IMG/VR virus record: IMGVR_UViG_3300026154_000024
Strand: one strand, 5' to 3'
Length of the DNA stretch: 64,000 nt
Source: an uncultured virus (IMG/VR IMGVR_UViG_3300026154_000024)
Lineage: Duplodnaviria; Heunggongvirae; Uroviricota; Caudoviricetes
The position numbers and the translations under genes are program-made. The notes beneath the pieces are model-generated. The model saw nothing but the letters and a program-made list of their open reading frames with translations, was not told where the DNA came from and did not search any database. This document shows, piece after piece, positions 18,826 to 30,270 of the stretch. Positions within the stretch are counted from its first letter, which is position 1. Each line of letters opens with the position of its first letter.

Positions 18826-21504
18826 TTATTCTGCCTTTAAACACCACCATGTCGTACCGTCGCAATAAACCAACATGTATTCAAGCTGCAAACTATAAGA
18901 AGTTCTGTAACTAAGACCAGAGCCATAAGCGGCCTGTAAAGATGATGTACTATTTGCTCCAACCCATGTTATTTCCCACGATGTAGAATGATTGTATATT
19001 TCTATTCTACGACCTTTGCTTGTTGAAGGAGACGGTAATTTTACGATTGTTGATTCAGCTCCTGTTCCAAGATTTATTATTGACTCTTCGTTTACAGTTA
19101 TTGTGTCTCCATTGCTATTACCGTATATCATGTTATAAACAAAGCTGTCAGCATGAAGTTCTCCTCTTGCTCTGATATTGTTTGCAACAAGTTTGCCTGA
19201 TTTCATGTCTATGCAAAGTGTTGGAACAAATTGGGCATAACGCATAACTATATCATGCACAAGACCAAAAGCATCACGCGAATCGTTCTTTACATACATG
19301 TAACAAGTAGAAAGATTTGCGGTCGCCTTAAATGTAAGGTAAGACTCGTAAAGGCCATCGCTTCTTTTGAAATTGTAACCTTTTACTGAAATTTCAGATG
19401 CCGTTATAATGTTTGACGATGATGTTCCTATTGCAACAGTTAATGTATGTGTATTGTTATCTCCATCACAATACCCAGTAAGCCACATTGTGTACCAACG
19501 GTCTTTTTTTATCTCGAAAGCACTAATGGACTCTATTTTTGAATAAGAATCGTTGTTTGTTATTTCAATGTTTAAATATTTATTTACTATTATGTTTTCG
19601 TCTGTCAAATCCCATTCAGCCTCACCAAACATATCGTCTGGGTCAGCATATATATATTGTGTGCTGTCGGTAATAGATGTTTTAGTGTTTCCAAATCCTC
19701 GCATATATCCGTATTGTGAAAGCAGATAGTCGGCGTTTATAATGGAAGAACCAAAATGCGCATAGTTACCAAATATCGCTTCAGTTATGATGTATTTGAA
19801 ATCAGATGTCATCAATTCCCAAGGCTTGTTATTCCATTGAATTTGACCATCAACTGTAGTTTCTGTAGCCATCTGTGCCATACTCATCACACCTCCAAAT
19901 GGTGTTTCTTCTATATTAAACACATAATATGAATCTCCACTGCTTCCAGCCTTACTAAAATAAGGGACTTGGGCATCGTTTATAACAAACGTGTCAGTAT
20001 TGTTACTTTCGTCCCATTCACCAGCGTAATAAAAGAAACGGCCAATCTTGCCACGAAGACCTGTGTCTCCTTGTACTCCTTGTTCTCCTTGCTCCCCTTG
20101 TGTTGAACCAATCAATGCAACGGTTACGGTAGCGGAATACGTTTTACCACCGTAAGTGCCAGCAACTGCAAATGTTACACCTTCCGAAAGTCCACTTGCA
20201 GTCGCCGACGTTCCAACTGTTATAGTTACAGCATTGTTGGCTTGACCTTGCACGGTTACGCCAGTCGGTTTTCTTCCGTCGGCACAACTTGTTACGGTTG
20301 CTGTGTTTGTACCTACCTTTAAGAAGAAAATAACACTTGTAACATTTTGCGCTTTGACATTACCATTTGAATAACATGGAATTGATATTTGGGCAGGGGT
20401 TGCAAACGCGACAGGTGCGGAATCACCAGTATCACCTTTGTTGCCATCCGAAACAAGAGGTATAGTTTCTAAGTCCACAACTACACCACCTACTGTAAGC
20501 CTAAACTTCAAGTCACTTGTTATAGAACTTGCATCCGTTTCAGAATATGTAGTATATGAACCGCCATTGACTGATTTTTCCAACGTGTATTCACTTGATG
20601 ACGGAGTAGATGTAGAACCATTCTCGGTTTTTTCAACAGAACACGTAACATTTCCGCTTGGAACATAAGTACCGTCTTTCTTTTTTACGATTTGAGAATG
20701 ACTTGGTATTAAGCGATAAATGGCATTTGCGCGTACACCGTTTATCGTAAAGTGCAATTCACGTGTAACAGTGTTATCATTATAAGAGTGAATCGTTATC
20801 TTGAAATCGTCAATGTCGGCAATAGAAGCACTTGTGGTAAATTCAAGTGATACTGTACTACCGTTTACACGCGGCCACACACCATTATTATTATCATCCC
20901 ACGTTAATTTTGTTCCATTACGGTAGATGTTATCAATCACAAACGCCTCTACGGAAGAACCTTTCCACATCGAAATAACGGTAGATACGGTTTGGTCTGT
21001 GATAACGCTACCATCATGCTTACATTGGATAGCATCCATTTCGTTATTCAAGTCGGCAAAATACGGGGAAGTTCCAGGCTCGCCTGTGATACGGGCATAA
21101 CGCGCCGTACCGCTATCATAACTTTGGGTAGATTCATTCCAAGTCTTTTTGACTATCTTCATCCATAGATAAGGATAGGTAGATGTAGGTGCGACAGGCG
21201 CATCTTGCCACGAACTATAATAACAATTCGCAGGTTCAGTAGTTGCACTTGAAGATGTCAACGAATTGGAGATATTAAACGTATAGTCCGTTTCGTCGCC
21301 GCTTTCGCCCACTATCTTATGCCAACTTGACCAAGCGGCATCATCGCTCTCGCGAGTGCGCATATACAAGTCGCCTGCCTGCCAAACGGTGTGAATTTGG
21401 TCAGACGTGGGATTGGCGTTAGGCGCGTATTGCGCCTGAATGCTTACCCCATCTTCAATAGTGCTAACGGTGAAACTTTTTGCTATTGTTTTCTTTGTTG
21501 ACAT
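18826..21504 (-). CDS. tail fibre / tail-associated protein with short collagen-like repeats
   Basis: S/T-rich beta domains; GEQGEQGVQGDTGLRGKIG; start MSTKK. Confidence 0.75.
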   Translation of the reverse strand: MSTKKTIAKSFTVSTIEDGVSIQAQYAPNANPTSDQIHTVWQAGDLYMRTRESDDAAWSSWHKIVGESGDETDYTFNISNSLTSSSATTEPANCYYSSWQDAPVAPTSTYPYLWMKIVKKTWNESTQSYDSGTARYARITGEPGTSPYFADLNNEMDAIQCKHDGSVITDQTVSTVISMWKGSSVEAFVIDNIYRNGTKLTWDDNNNGVWPRVNGSTVSLEFTTSASIADIDDFKITIHSYNDNTVTRELHFTINGVRANAIYRLIPSHSQIVKKKDGTYVPSGNVTCSVEKTENGSTSTPSSSEYTLEKSVNGGSYTTYSETDASSITSDLKFRLTVGGVVVDLETIPLVSDGNKGDTGDSAPVAFATPAQISIPCYSNGNVKAQNVTSVIFFLKVGTNTATVTSCADGRKPTGVTVQGQANNAVTITVGTSATASGLSEGVTFAVAGTYGGKTYSATVTVALIGSTQGEQGEQGVQGDTGLRGKIGRFFYYAGEWDESNNTDTFVINDAQVPYFSKAGSSGDSYYVFNIEETPFGGVMSMAQMATETTVDGQIQWNNKPWELMTSDFKYIITEAIFGNYAHFGSSIINADYLLSQYGYMRGFGNTKTSITDSTQYIYADPDDMFGEAEWDLTDENIIVNKYLNIEITNNDSYSKIESISAFEIKKDRWYTMWLTGYCDGDNNTHTLTVAIGTSSSNIITASEISVKGYNFKRSDGLYESYLTFKATANLSTCYMYVKNDSRDAFGLVHDIVMRYAQFVPTLCIDMKSGKLVANNIRARGELHADSFVYNMIYGNSNGDTITVNEESIINLGTGAESTIVKLPSPSTSKGRRIEIYNHSTSWEITWVGANSTSSLQAAYGSGLSYRTSYSLQLEYMLVYCDGTTWWCLKAE

Positions 21505-21524
21505 ATTGATTTCGTTTTTGTTGT

Positions 21525-22682
21525 TTACTTTTCCGCTAACACGATACCCGTAAGATACTTCTTGAACGTCGAACTGTCGTGTACGATGTCGTATGTAATC
21601 GTAATGTGTGCAGCTGAACCATCCCAAGTTAAAGGACGCCAGCCATAGTGTGCATCGGACGAATCGGTAATCTCGGACGGTATGCCAATGATGTTGTTAT
21701 GCACAATTGAACCATCGGCATTAAGCAACTTGACGTAGAACTGCGTCCAAGATGTGTCTACCGTTGGGTCATCTTGTGCGCCCATCCAAATATCCCACGT
21801 GATAGAACCGCCACGTTTCAAAGTCGCAGACGTGTCATTACCACCGTTATATTGGATATACATTTGTTCAAGGTCGGTTTGGTCATCAACGTTCTCAAAT
21901 GTCGTGTACGTCAAAGTCGTGCTTGTGCCGTCGATTGACGTAATGTAAGAGAAATTACATTCGACAATGCTATTGTTGGTAATTTGCGATTCGCTCACCT
22001 GTTTAGCATTATGATACGTTTGGCCGTTTACCGTCACGTCACCACCAGCGCCGATGCTTGCATTGTTCATCTTCCATGCCGTAGAGAACGGGCTACCGCT
22101 TGCCGTTGCCGTAATCTCGTTGCCGTCAGCACCGAAAAGTCGCGCATACATAGTAACAACTTGATTCTTTTCGGTCACGATGTTACTGCCGACAAATTCA
22201 ATGAAACCAAAGATACCTGCCGACGAAACGCCAGTAATCCTAATGAACGTGGAAACGCTAAAGCCAATTGGCGAACCGCCCAATGTATAGAAACCTGTAT
22301 AGGTCAACGAGTCGGTGTTTACGTTGGAATTTGAAGCAAGGTTGCCAATAATCTTGATAGCCGCAGTAGGATTGGCCGACGTTGGATAGTTGTTTACCTT
22401 TTGGAAACGGCCATCGGTACTAACGGCGGTTGCGCTTGCGTCAGCCCATTCAATTTCAACGTTATTGTAGTACCAATTACCGCCTGCGTCTGGTGTCACT
22501 TTTGACGTGCCACTCATCAAGTCCACATAAACGGTAGGTTGATTGCCAGCAACCGTCCAATTCGGAACAGCCGCGCTACCAGTCCACGCTTGCGTTAATG
22601 CCTTGGTGGAAAGGATTTGACCATGAAGGGTAGAACCGTCATCAATGGCCTCTACATAGAATCTATTTGATACACTACTCAT
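21525..22682 (-). CDS. tail structural protein
   Basis: 385 aa beta-rich, in tail operon. Confidence 0.6.
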   Translation of the reverse strand: MSSVSNRFYVEAIDDGSTLHGQILSTKALTQAWTGSAAVPNWTVAGNQPTVYVDLMSGTSKVTPDAGGNWYYNNVEIEWADASATAVSTDGRFQKVNNYPTSANPTAAIKIIGNLASNSNVNTDSLTYTGFYTLGGSPIGFSVSTFIRITGVSSAGIFGFIEFVGSNIVTEKNQVVTMYARLFGADGNEITATASGSPFSTAWKMNNASIGAGGDVTVNGQTYHNAKQVSESQITNNSIVECNFSYITSIDGTSTTLTYTTFENVDDQTDLEQMYIQYNGGNDTSATLKRGGSITWDIWMGAQDDPTVDTSWTQFYVKLLNADGSIVHNNIIGIPSEITDSSDAHYGWRPLTWDGSAAHITITYDIVHDSSTFKKYLTGIVLAEK

Positions 22683-22685
22683 TGT

Positions 22686-23153
22686 TTATTTCTCCTCTTG
22701 GTTTTGTTGTTCGGTTTCAGTATTTTCTTCTTGTTGTGTACCGCCGCCAAGAATATCCTCTACATCACCCACTTCGCTTTCGTTGATAGTTTCCGTTTCG
22801 GTATTTTCTTGTTGCTCAAAGTTTTCGTTTTCTTTGATTGGCGTTTCGTCGCCTCGGTTGGCATTTTCAGCGTCATCAACAATTGCCGTTTCTTGTTGTT
22901 CTTCTACGACAGGCTCTACGATTTCCAAACCAATAGCGAAATTGTTTTGGCGAATCAATGTCTTTGCGCGTTCAGGAGTGACTTTTTCCACGCCTTCCAA
23001 ACCGTTGATGTATTCATCTGGCTCTAAACGCACACGCGAAAGGTCACGATTGTTAAGAACAAATCGGCCATCGGCAATACGGTAACGGCTATCTACAAGG
23101 CCGCTACGGATTGCGATTTCTTTCGTTACAAGATAAGTTGTAGTTTCTAACAT
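22686..23153 (-). CDS. hypothetical protein with acidic tail
   Basis: ORF in tail operon. Confidence 0.6.
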   Translation of the reverse strand: MLETTTYLVTKEIAIRSGLVDSRYRIADGRFVLNNRDLSRVRLEPDEYINGLEGVEKVTPERAKTLIRQNNFAIGLEIVEPVVEEQQETAIVDDAENANRGDETPIKENENFEQQENTETETINESEVGDVEDILGGGTQQEENTETEQQNQEEK

Positions 23154-23181
23154 AATTGTATCTCCTTGTATTTTTATTTGT

Positions 23182-24456
23182 TTATAATCTATCAAACACT
23201 ACGTCGCCGTCATCGGTAACTACCGCGTAAGTTCCAGAACCGTTGAATGTGTCATCGTCTTGGCTTGCGGAATATGCTCCAAGCATATAAACTTCGGCAT
23301 GGACAGGTGTAGAATAAGATGTCGTTTGGCATAACGTACTGCTATCTACCGTGATTTCGTCACCCCAGCCCATATCCGTGTAAGACGAACTTGTGGAAAT
23401 ACGGCGTTTGTAGTTGAAAAGGAAATTGGCAATACGTTGCTCGTCGCTTATCACACCACCGCGATAGTTGATGATATTCGTAAATGTCATTTCGCGGTTA
23501 TTAGCATTTACTACACGTCCATTCTTGCAAACGGTGTTCGGGTCAATTTGAGGAAATTCCCACACCAAAGAGCAATGCGCTACCGACGGTAACAATGCAG
23601 ACGACGATGTTTTACGCAAACGGCAAACGATGTCGAGGTGTTCAACGAACATTGCATCAATCGTAATGGTGTCCTTTCCTTGACCTTTATCAGTTACTTG
23701 TGTTGCTTGTGAATAGCAATACAAAGTGTTGATAAGGTGCTCGGTTCTTTCGTTGTCAACCTTGCCGTACCATTCGATGTAATAGTCATTTGTTACGTCA
23801 TTGTTGTTATCGTCGAGAACTTGTGCAACAAAGTTGTAAACAGAACTTCCGCCAGACAACACATTAAAAATGGTCTTTGTAGGTGCAAGTAAATTGATTT
23901 TCAAAGAGGCACTTGTGGCATCCTTGTTTGTAGCAAGCAATACGGTTTCTTTAACCTCAATCGTAACGCCGCTATCTCGTGGGTCGATATACGTTGCAAC
24001 ACAACAAAGGTTTTGTCCTGCATTGGAATCGCCTACGGTCGGAGGTGTAACGTTCTTTTGAACGTACAACTTAAAGTCAGGATTTCCAGTTGTGGGGCAA
24101 TAATAGTCATTAAGAACACCGCCCGTTTCTGCCTCGACAGCCGTAATTCGTACCCAATGAAGACCAGGCCAAAAATCATCGGTAGCCGAATAGTCGGTAT
24201 TATTGGACGGGTCAAAGTAGTACCACACCACACTTGCAAACGAAGGATGGTAAATCGTTTCGGTGCTTGTATCTACCGCTACGATTGTAGGCTTCAATTG
24301 CAAGGGAGTAGATTGACGGTCTGGGCTATACGCTCCCGTGTTCACGTAATACCATTGCTCTAAGGTGTCACTTGGCTGAATCGCAAACGAATCAGACAAT
24401 GGCGTTAGCATTGTTTGGATTACGGTAGGTCTTGAGGTATTTAATCTTCTTCCCAT
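23182..24456 (-). CDS. tail structural protein
   Basis: 424 aa beta-rich, in tail operon. Confidence 0.6.
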   Translation of the reverse strand: MGRRLNTSRPTVIQTMLTPLSDSFAIQPSDTLEQWYYVNTGAYSPDRQSTPLQLKPTIVAVDTSTETIYHPSFASVVWYYFDPSNNTDYSATDDFWPGLHWVRITAVEAETGGVLNDYYCPTTGNPDFKLYVQKNVTPPTVGDSNAGQNLCCVATYIDPRDSGVTIEVKETVLLATNKDATSASLKINLLAPTKTIFNVLSGGSSVYNFVAQVLDDNNNDVTNDYYIEWYGKVDNERTEHLINTLYCYSQATQVTDKGQGKDTITIDAMFVEHLDIVCRLRKTSSSALLPSVAHCSLVWEFPQIDPNTVCKNGRVVNANNREMTFTNIINYRGGVISDEQRIANFLFNYKRRISTSSSYTDMGWGDEITVDSSTLCQTTSYSTPVHAEVYMLGAYSASQDDDTFNGSGTYAVVTDDGDVVFDRL

Positions 24457-24463
24457 AATTTGT

Positions 24464-27400
24464 TTAACTTATAATTTGATTATCTACTATTCTTGTAGTC
24501 TTGCCATCGTTTACGGAAACGGTGCAAGTGAATATTGCCTTGTTAGCGGATGACCACGTTTGAGGCATGTCATTGTTCGTCAGATGCAAATTTTTTATGC
24601 CTGTGACCAATCCCGCATGTTGCGCATCCCAAGATTCATCAGCAACGGTTTTTCCGCTTTCGCTTTCACGTGTCCAGTTCCAATATTCTGCGGCCACATC
24701 GTTTGTTATATCGACGTTGCCATAGAATAAGTGTGGTGTTATCACCGTGTCAACGTTTCCACGTCTGAACGAATATCCTTTGCTTGAAACAAATTCTATC
24801 GTAAGGTTATCGTTACCGTCAACCAAACGCCAATAAGGACTGTTCCATTTTGGCTCGTAATATGTAGCCACACCACCCGAAACGACAGGTTGGTGTTGTA
24901 AGCATTGCCAACGGCCACCATTATGACGTACCTCGTGAATTTCGTATTGTTGAGTATCCTCGTTGTATTCGTTATAGAAATAGATACCTTGGCCTGGAGA
25001 CGGATTGGCTACTTGGCTACCATCTACCCATTCTCCGCAAAATACGGTTACTGGAACTGGCAAGCCTTCGCGGTCAACCTTGATATAATTGCCTACGACG
25101 ATACCTTGCGCATAAAGCCAATCGGTATGTTCGCCTACTTGGTCTAAGATAGCCCTTACATCGGGATAGTTCTTTACAAATTTGGGCAATTCACCAATGG
25201 TAACGCCATAGTTTCCATTCTTTAGGATAGGACTATCAACGCCTGTGTATTTGACTACGCGGCCATCGGTAGTGCTTATCATAAACATACGCTGACGGCG
25301 AATAATCGAAGCCTTAATAGTTTCGTAATCTGGGTCTTCGGGGTCGGAATAGTCAACGCATCCCCAACGGGCAATAGTCATCAATTCGCATGGTGCAAAG
25401 TTTCGTCCTGCTGGAACATAATTATCACCATAAAGCACAACTTGGATTTGGTTTACTCCAAGGTTTACGTTGGTGTTGTGTGTGCCTATTACACGCATCC
25501 ATGACGTGTAGTATTTGTTTTCACCATCAACCTCAACACTTGTGCTTTCGTAGTCGCTTACACCTGCTTGTTTGGCCGCTAACGTGTTGATGATACCTTT
25601 TACGACGTTGCCGTACATTTGTCCTGTCACATATCCTTGATACTTTTCTTTCAAAGTAAGGATATACGAAATACTGTGGTCGGTTTCGTCCTCGATAACA
25701 TCAACCTTTTCTATTTGGTCATTATCGGTAAACAACGTATCACCCTCTTGTGCTTGCAAGCGGTTTACTATCAATTCGACAATTTCCAAGAAAGAACGTA
25801 CACGTGCCGATTCAAATTCAGCGTTACCAAGGTTGTCAATACGCCACCCACGACCAGTATAAAGTCCTTCCTCGAATTGCGGACTTTGTATCTTATCATG
25901 GAAAATAACGCTACCTAATGCGTCTAAGCCTTGTTGGAAAGTAATACGCCCTTGGCAAACATCGTCAACAACCTTGCTTAACTTGCTGTTTATTTCTTGT
26001 GTCAAGTTTTCGGAATAGTATTTTTGCAATTCCGACACTTGCACACGCATACGGCTTACGTCATCGGTTACTTGGCCTATTTGGTTAAGCACAATTTCTA
26101 CGTCATCGGTAAGCGTGATGTCATATTGCGGCAAAGGCTTGTCACCGTATTTGATAGTGATTTGCTTGATATACAACGCCATTTGTACGTCTGCATATTG
26201 GAAACGTACAATATTGTTGTTTTGTATTTGTTCGAATATTCCTGTGTTTGTTGCAAAGAAATGCTCGTCGAATTTCAGCGGATAGTCATAGTAATGTACG
26301 TTATTCTCCAACATATATTCTTTCATCGTCTCATCAAGGCTTTGTTCTGCCGTTGTGATGTACGATGTAGGCAAAGAAATACCAAGGATAACGAATTTGT
26401 CACCATTAACGGGATAACGGTATTGATTCGGCATAAGAGTACCGAATGTGTCATTATCCTTTTGAACGATGATATCTATTGACCCAAGATTTGATTTCGG
26501 GAACTTTTCAAGGTCACGTTGTTCTCCGTCTGGCGCAAAATTGCCATCGGAATCATAGAAGTTGGCCTTGTATAATTCCCAATCCACTTGGACGGGGAAA
26601 GTACAACCCATACATGAACCGCTGCGCATATTGATGTTCATTTCTTGCGTAACGGCAGCACATGCGTAAAGGTCGAATGTCAATTGCGGTAGTTTAATCT
26701 TGAAATAAGATTGAATATGCTTGCCATCGTCATTCATCGTATCGTCCCATTCTGGTGTTGGGTCGGCATGTATTTGTAATATCTTGTGCGTTTCGTTGTA
26801 CCACGATGACACAAGTGTAACATACACGAAATTACCCTTTATAACGCTATCCAACGTCGCCGATGCTTGACCTGTGCGCCATTCCCAATGCCCTGCAAGT
26901 ATAGATGCCGACGGCAAAGATTCTGCGGTTTCTGGCGTATAGAGGCACGTGTTATCGCGCATACTAACGATAAGTTGCATTTGCCAACCGTCAATGCCTT
27001 GGCCGCGCATCGTTGCAATACGATTTTGCAAATAGTTATACCATTGCGTGTATGTGTAATATTTGCCGTCCTCGTCGTATGGTGTTGCACTAATGATAGC
27101 AGCCTCGCCAAATTGTGGATATTCTTTCTCAAATTGGTGTACCTCTACAGACGGTGCAAGTACGTTGATATTGTTAGGGTAAGCGTGTGTAGCATCGTCT
27201 ATCGCATCATAATAGTCCTTTATCTCAATGTCTGGGTCATAGCCCGTCGCATTTGGATTGACTTTCTTGTTTACTGTTTCCGAATAGATAGACGGCATAA
27301 GTGTTGCGCGCGTAAACGGATGCTTGATAAGGCGCACACGTTGGCCAGCTGCTATACCATCATAGATAGGGTAGGAATTGGCCGCATTTGGATTATTGTC

Positions 27401-28276
27401 AATAGTGTAATCCCAAGACTGATTACCAGTCCAAAGTATTTGTGGATAGCCATAAGGAATGTTTCTATCGCTACCATAACCAACGATACGTGTAACGATT
27501 TTGTTGTTTCGTGGTGTGCGCGAATTATTCTTCAATCCAACACCCTTACCGAATTGGAAAATGAACGGCGTAGATGTCTTATGGCCTTGTGCGTCAATGG
27601 TGTATATTTCTTGGGTAGGGAGGCCGAATGTGATAAGGAAACGCTTTCCTTGCGCGTAACCAGTCTCGCCTTCCTTTATTGATGTAATAACGAATGGAAC
27701 CTCCCACGTATCATAACCCGTTTTCAAGGCATTGCTTATGAATTGCTTATCAAAAGACAAAACCTCCTCGGGTGTTTCGTTTTGCTTTTCTTGCGTGACC
27801 GTTGATGACATGATAACAAGCCATTCGGTGCTTGCAAGGTTGGCGTTTAGTTTGGCAATATATTCCGAAAACGTACCAATCCAAGAAAACGTCTTGTTTT
27901 GCGAAAGATACTTTGCTTGTGATTGCGTAACGGCAATATCGGTAAACGGAATATTGCCAAGCATATACATGGGATGATAGAACGTAAACGAGTATTTGGT
28001 CATGCCCTTTAATTGGGTATTATCCGCAACCATACCCTCGCGTACAATTGTCGGTGGCGACACAAGTGTATATTTTACACCGTTCAAAACGATGTATTCT
28101 TGCATCGTCACCGCCAAAGTGTTGTCGATGTAATAAACGTCACCCGTCACCTTGTCACCAAGAGACATAACAACGCTATCCGACGTGGATTTCTTTAATT
28201 CCAAGCCGTGAAAAGCCGTACCGTCGGCGTTATATATGGGAAACGTTAAGTTACGTCCTAATGTATTTTGAGCCAT
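24464..28276 (-). CDS. tail tip / baseplate hub-spike protein
   Basis: FGKGVGLK..SR....IVTRIVGYGSDRNIPY motif; GRGWRID..GNAEFES.RVR; start MAQNT. Confidence 0.75.
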   Translation of the reverse strand: MAQNTLGRNLTFPIYNADGTAFHGLELKKSTSDSVVMSLGDKVTGDVYYIDNTLAVTMQEYIVLNGVKYTLVSPPTIVREGMVADNTQLKGMTKYSFTFYHPMYMLGNIPFTDIAVTQSQAKYLSQNKTFSWIGTFSEYIAKLNANLASTEWLVIMSSTVTQEKQNETPEEVLSFDKQFISNALKTGYDTWEVPFVITSIKEGETGYAQGKRFLITFGLPTQEIYTIDAQGHKTSTPFIFQFGKGVGLKNNSRTPRNNKIVTRIVGYGSDRNIPYGYPQILWTGNQSWDYTIDNNPNAANSYPIYDGIAAGQRVRLIKHPFTRATLMPSIYSETVNKKVNPNATGYDPDIEIKDYYDAIDDATHAYPNNINVLAPSVEVHQFEKEYPQFGEAAIISATPYDEDGKYYTYTQWYNYLQNRIATMRGQGIDGWQMQLIVSMRDNTCLYTPETAESLPSASILAGHWEWRTGQASATLDSVIKGNFVYVTLVSSWYNETHKILQIHADPTPEWDDTMNDDGKHIQSYFKIKLPQLTFDLYACAAVTQEMNINMRSGSCMGCTFPVQVDWELYKANFYDSDGNFAPDGEQRDLEKFPKSNLGSIDIIVQKDNDTFGTLMPNQYRYPVNGDKFVILGISLPTSYITTAEQSLDETMKEYMLENNVHYYDYPLKFDEHFFATNTGIFEQIQNNNIVRFQYADVQMALYIKQITIKYGDKPLPQYDITLTDDVEIVLNQIGQVTDDVSRMRVQVSELQKYYSENLTQEINSKLSKVVDDVCQGRITFQQGLDALGSVIFHDKIQSPQFEEGLYTGRGWRIDNLGNAEFESARVRSFLEIVELIVNRLQAQEGDTLFTDNDQIEKVDVIEDETDHSISYILTLKEKYQGYVTGQMYGNVVKGIINTLAAKQAGVSDYESTSVEVDGENKYYTSWMRVIGTHNTNVNLGVNQIQVVLYGDNYVPAGRNFAPCELMTIARWGCVDYSDPEDPDYETIKASIIRRQRMFMISTTDGRVVKYTGVDSPILKNGNYGVTIGELPKFVKNYPDVRAILDQVGEHTDWLYAQGIVVGNYIKVDREGLPVPVTVFCGEWVDGSQVANPSPGQGIYFYNEYNEDTQQYEIHEVRHNGGRWQCLQHQPVVSGGVATYYEPKWNSPYWRLVDGNDNLTIEFVSSKGYSFRRGNVDTVITPHLFYGNVDITNDVAAEYWNWTRESESGKTVADESWDAQHAGLVTGIKNLHLTNNDMPQTWSSANKAIFTCTVSVNDGKTTRIVDNQIIS

Positions 28277-28872
28277 CTTGCCAATTTTACAAATGCAAAG
28301 ATACAACAAAGAATTGAGAAAATCAAAGAAATCTTAAAAATTTTAGGAATTTTTGTTTTTTCAACGACCTTAACCTCTTGGTGGTTTATCATTTCGGTCA
28401 AAGAATCGCACTTTGCTATGTATTGTCTCGTCGAGTCACGTGCAAGGCGAAAATGTGCGATTGAATCAAGCAATTGTTTTTCATATTCGCGGTTACGTGA
28501 CACGGTTTCCTTTTCTTTGTGCCACGTTTCTTGCTTGATTACATTACCTTGAGAATCAACCGTCATAACGGTGGAATCGGACTTTTCGACCTTGGTATTT
28601 GTTTCTACTTTTTCCGTTTCCTTTACGTCCGTATTGTGGGTCACATCAGTAGAGTCTTGCTTGACAATTTCGGTCTTTGCGGAATCAACCTTTACCTCGG
28701 TCTTTTCCTTTTCGTCTTTGATGACCTCTTTCTTTGTCGCACATGACATAAGGCACATAATGAACACGGCCAATAGCAAATAAACCATTTGTGTGCCACA
28801 ACCATTATTCATCAGTTGTTGTTGCCGCCACATTTCGGCATAGCGGAGTTTTTCGTCAGTTGTTTGTTCCAT
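28258..28872 (-). CDS. lipoprotein with C-terminal TM helix, putative unimolecular spanin
   Basis: hydrophobic stretch + LMSC lipobox; C-terminal ISLIFSILCCIFAFV; near endolysin. Confidence 0.6.
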   Translation of the reverse strand: MEQTTDEKLRYAEMWRQQQLMNNGCGTQMVYLLLAVFIMCLMSCATKKEVIKDEKEKTEVKVDSAKTEIVKQDSTDVTHNTDVKETEKVETNTKVEKSDSTVMTVDSQGNVIKQETWHKEKETVSRNREYEKQLLDSIAHFRLARDSTRQYIAKCDSLTEMINHQEVKVVEKTKIPKIFKISLIFSILCCIFAFVKLARWLKIH

Positions 28873-28906
28873 AATCTTTCTTATTACTTAATGACGTTGT
28901 AATGAC

Positions 28907-29590
28907 TTAGCCTTTTGTCAAATCAAGTGACGCATCAATCATTACAAGGTTGAATTGTGTGCCATCGTATGCAAACACGGCAGTATCGCCACCTTTGATG
29001 ACATTTGCTGCAATGTTAGCACCTTTGTACTTTATTGCCACAGCGCCTTTGCTTGAAATGTTTAAAGTTGCATCTGCTGGAACATCATTAGTGAACTTGA
29101 TAGTCACAATATCACCAGTAGCAGCTGTGTAATCCGCAATAGTTACCGCTTTTTCTGCCGTAGCCGCTGCGGTTGAACACACACCGTAATATGTGTGACG
29201 AGCATCAATAATAGACTTGGTAGCACCACTATTGATAGCCCCCCATTGTGATTGATTGAATTGCGTATTACTTAACGAAAATTCGTATTCCCACTCTTCT
29301 CCGTTAAACTTGTAACGCTTATAGAACATGTTGCCGTACTCGTCGGTATCTTCAACATATCCATAATCGTTATCGTCGGCATCGGTGACCTCCTGCAATT
29401 CCGCAAGTGTGGCATACGTTCCTCGGAAAGTGGCGGTACTTGTTGCAATAGCGGTGGTCACAAAACTCATATTCACCAAAGGGTTAAGAATCGTTGTTCC
29501 CTCGGGTATCAGTGCCTTTATGATGTCTTGCTCAAAAGCAGCAACACCGCAAGGGCGCATTTCATTGTCAAATAGTTTTACGTAAATCAT
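28907..29590 (-). CDS. virion structural protein
   Basis: AIATSTATFRGT..RYKFNG..W.YEF; YGVCSTAAATAEKAV fibre-like domain. Confidence 0.55.
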   Translation of the reverse strand: MIYVKLFDNEMRPCGVAAFEQDIIKALIPEGTTILNPLVNMSFVTTAIATSTATFRGTYATLAELQEVTDADDNDYGYVEDTDEYGNMFYKRYKFNGEEWEYEFSLSNTQFNQSQWGAINSGATKSIIDARHTYYGVCSTAAATAEKAVTIADYTAATGDIVTIKFTNDVPADATLNISSKGAVAIKYKGANIAANVIKGGDTAVFAYDGTQFNLVMIDASLDLTKG

Positions 29591-29615
29591 ATCGGATAAG
29601 TTTTAAAAATTTGTA

Positions 29616-30233
29616 TTATATGTTTTTATATTCGTTAGTTGCATCGAATGACGGGCAAGCCTTGTTAGCAAAGTCACGATGACCATGTATCTTTGCAAAG
29701 GGGTATTTCTTGCGCAAATCCTTTAACAAAGAAAGCAAAGCAGCCTTTTGTGCGTCGGTTCTCGTGTCCTTTGGCGACGTGCCATCAGTCTTACACCCAC
29801 CGATATAGCACACGCCAATGGAATGTGCGTTATGGTTCGTGCAATGTGCGCCCACCAAATTAACGTCACGGCCATTATGTAGGCTACCGTCACGATAAAT
29901 CACATAGTGATAGCCAATATCATTAAAGCCACGTTGTTTGTGCCATTTTGTGATGTCGGCCACCGTATAGTCACGGCCTTCGCGTGTTGCACTACAATGT
30001 ACGATGATTTCATTGATGCGGCGCGAGGACGTTTTAAGTTTGTCAATATTACCAAGCAACTTAGCCCAAGTAGCATCGCCGACGATACCGTCTGCCTTTA
30101 AGCCGTTCTCACGTTGGAAATCACGTACTGCTTCCTCCGTAATGCGACCAAAGATGCCATCTTGTGCAAGATGCAATGCGGCTTGCAATTGTTTTACTGT
30201 CGCACCTTGACTACCATTCTTGATTGTTTCCAT
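29616..30233 (-). CDS. endolysin: peptidoglycan-binding domain + T7-type N-acetylmuramoyl-L-alanine amidase
   Basis: DGIFG/DGIVG..TW; IIVHCSAT, WH..RGF.DIGYHYVI, HGHRDFANKACPSF. Confidence 0.93.
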   Translation of the reverse strand: METIKNGSQGATVKQLQAALHLAQDGIFGRITEEAVRDFQRENGLKADGIVGDATWAKLLGNIDKLKTSSRRINEIIVHCSATREGRDYTVADITKWHKQRGFNDIGYHYVIYRDGSLHNGRDVNLVGAHCTNHNAHSIGVCYIGGCKTDGTSPKDTRTDAQKAALLSLLKDLRKKYPFAKIHGHRDFANKACPSFDATNEYKNI

Positions 30234-30270
30234 CTTTTTCTATATTTTGTGGTTCGTTATCGTCTTGTGT

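Noticed and set aside
26867..27682. Long antisense ORFs (also 34853-35578, 42908-43495, 50825-51415)
   Set aside because: Shadows of strongly supported genes on the opposite strand, with no motifs.
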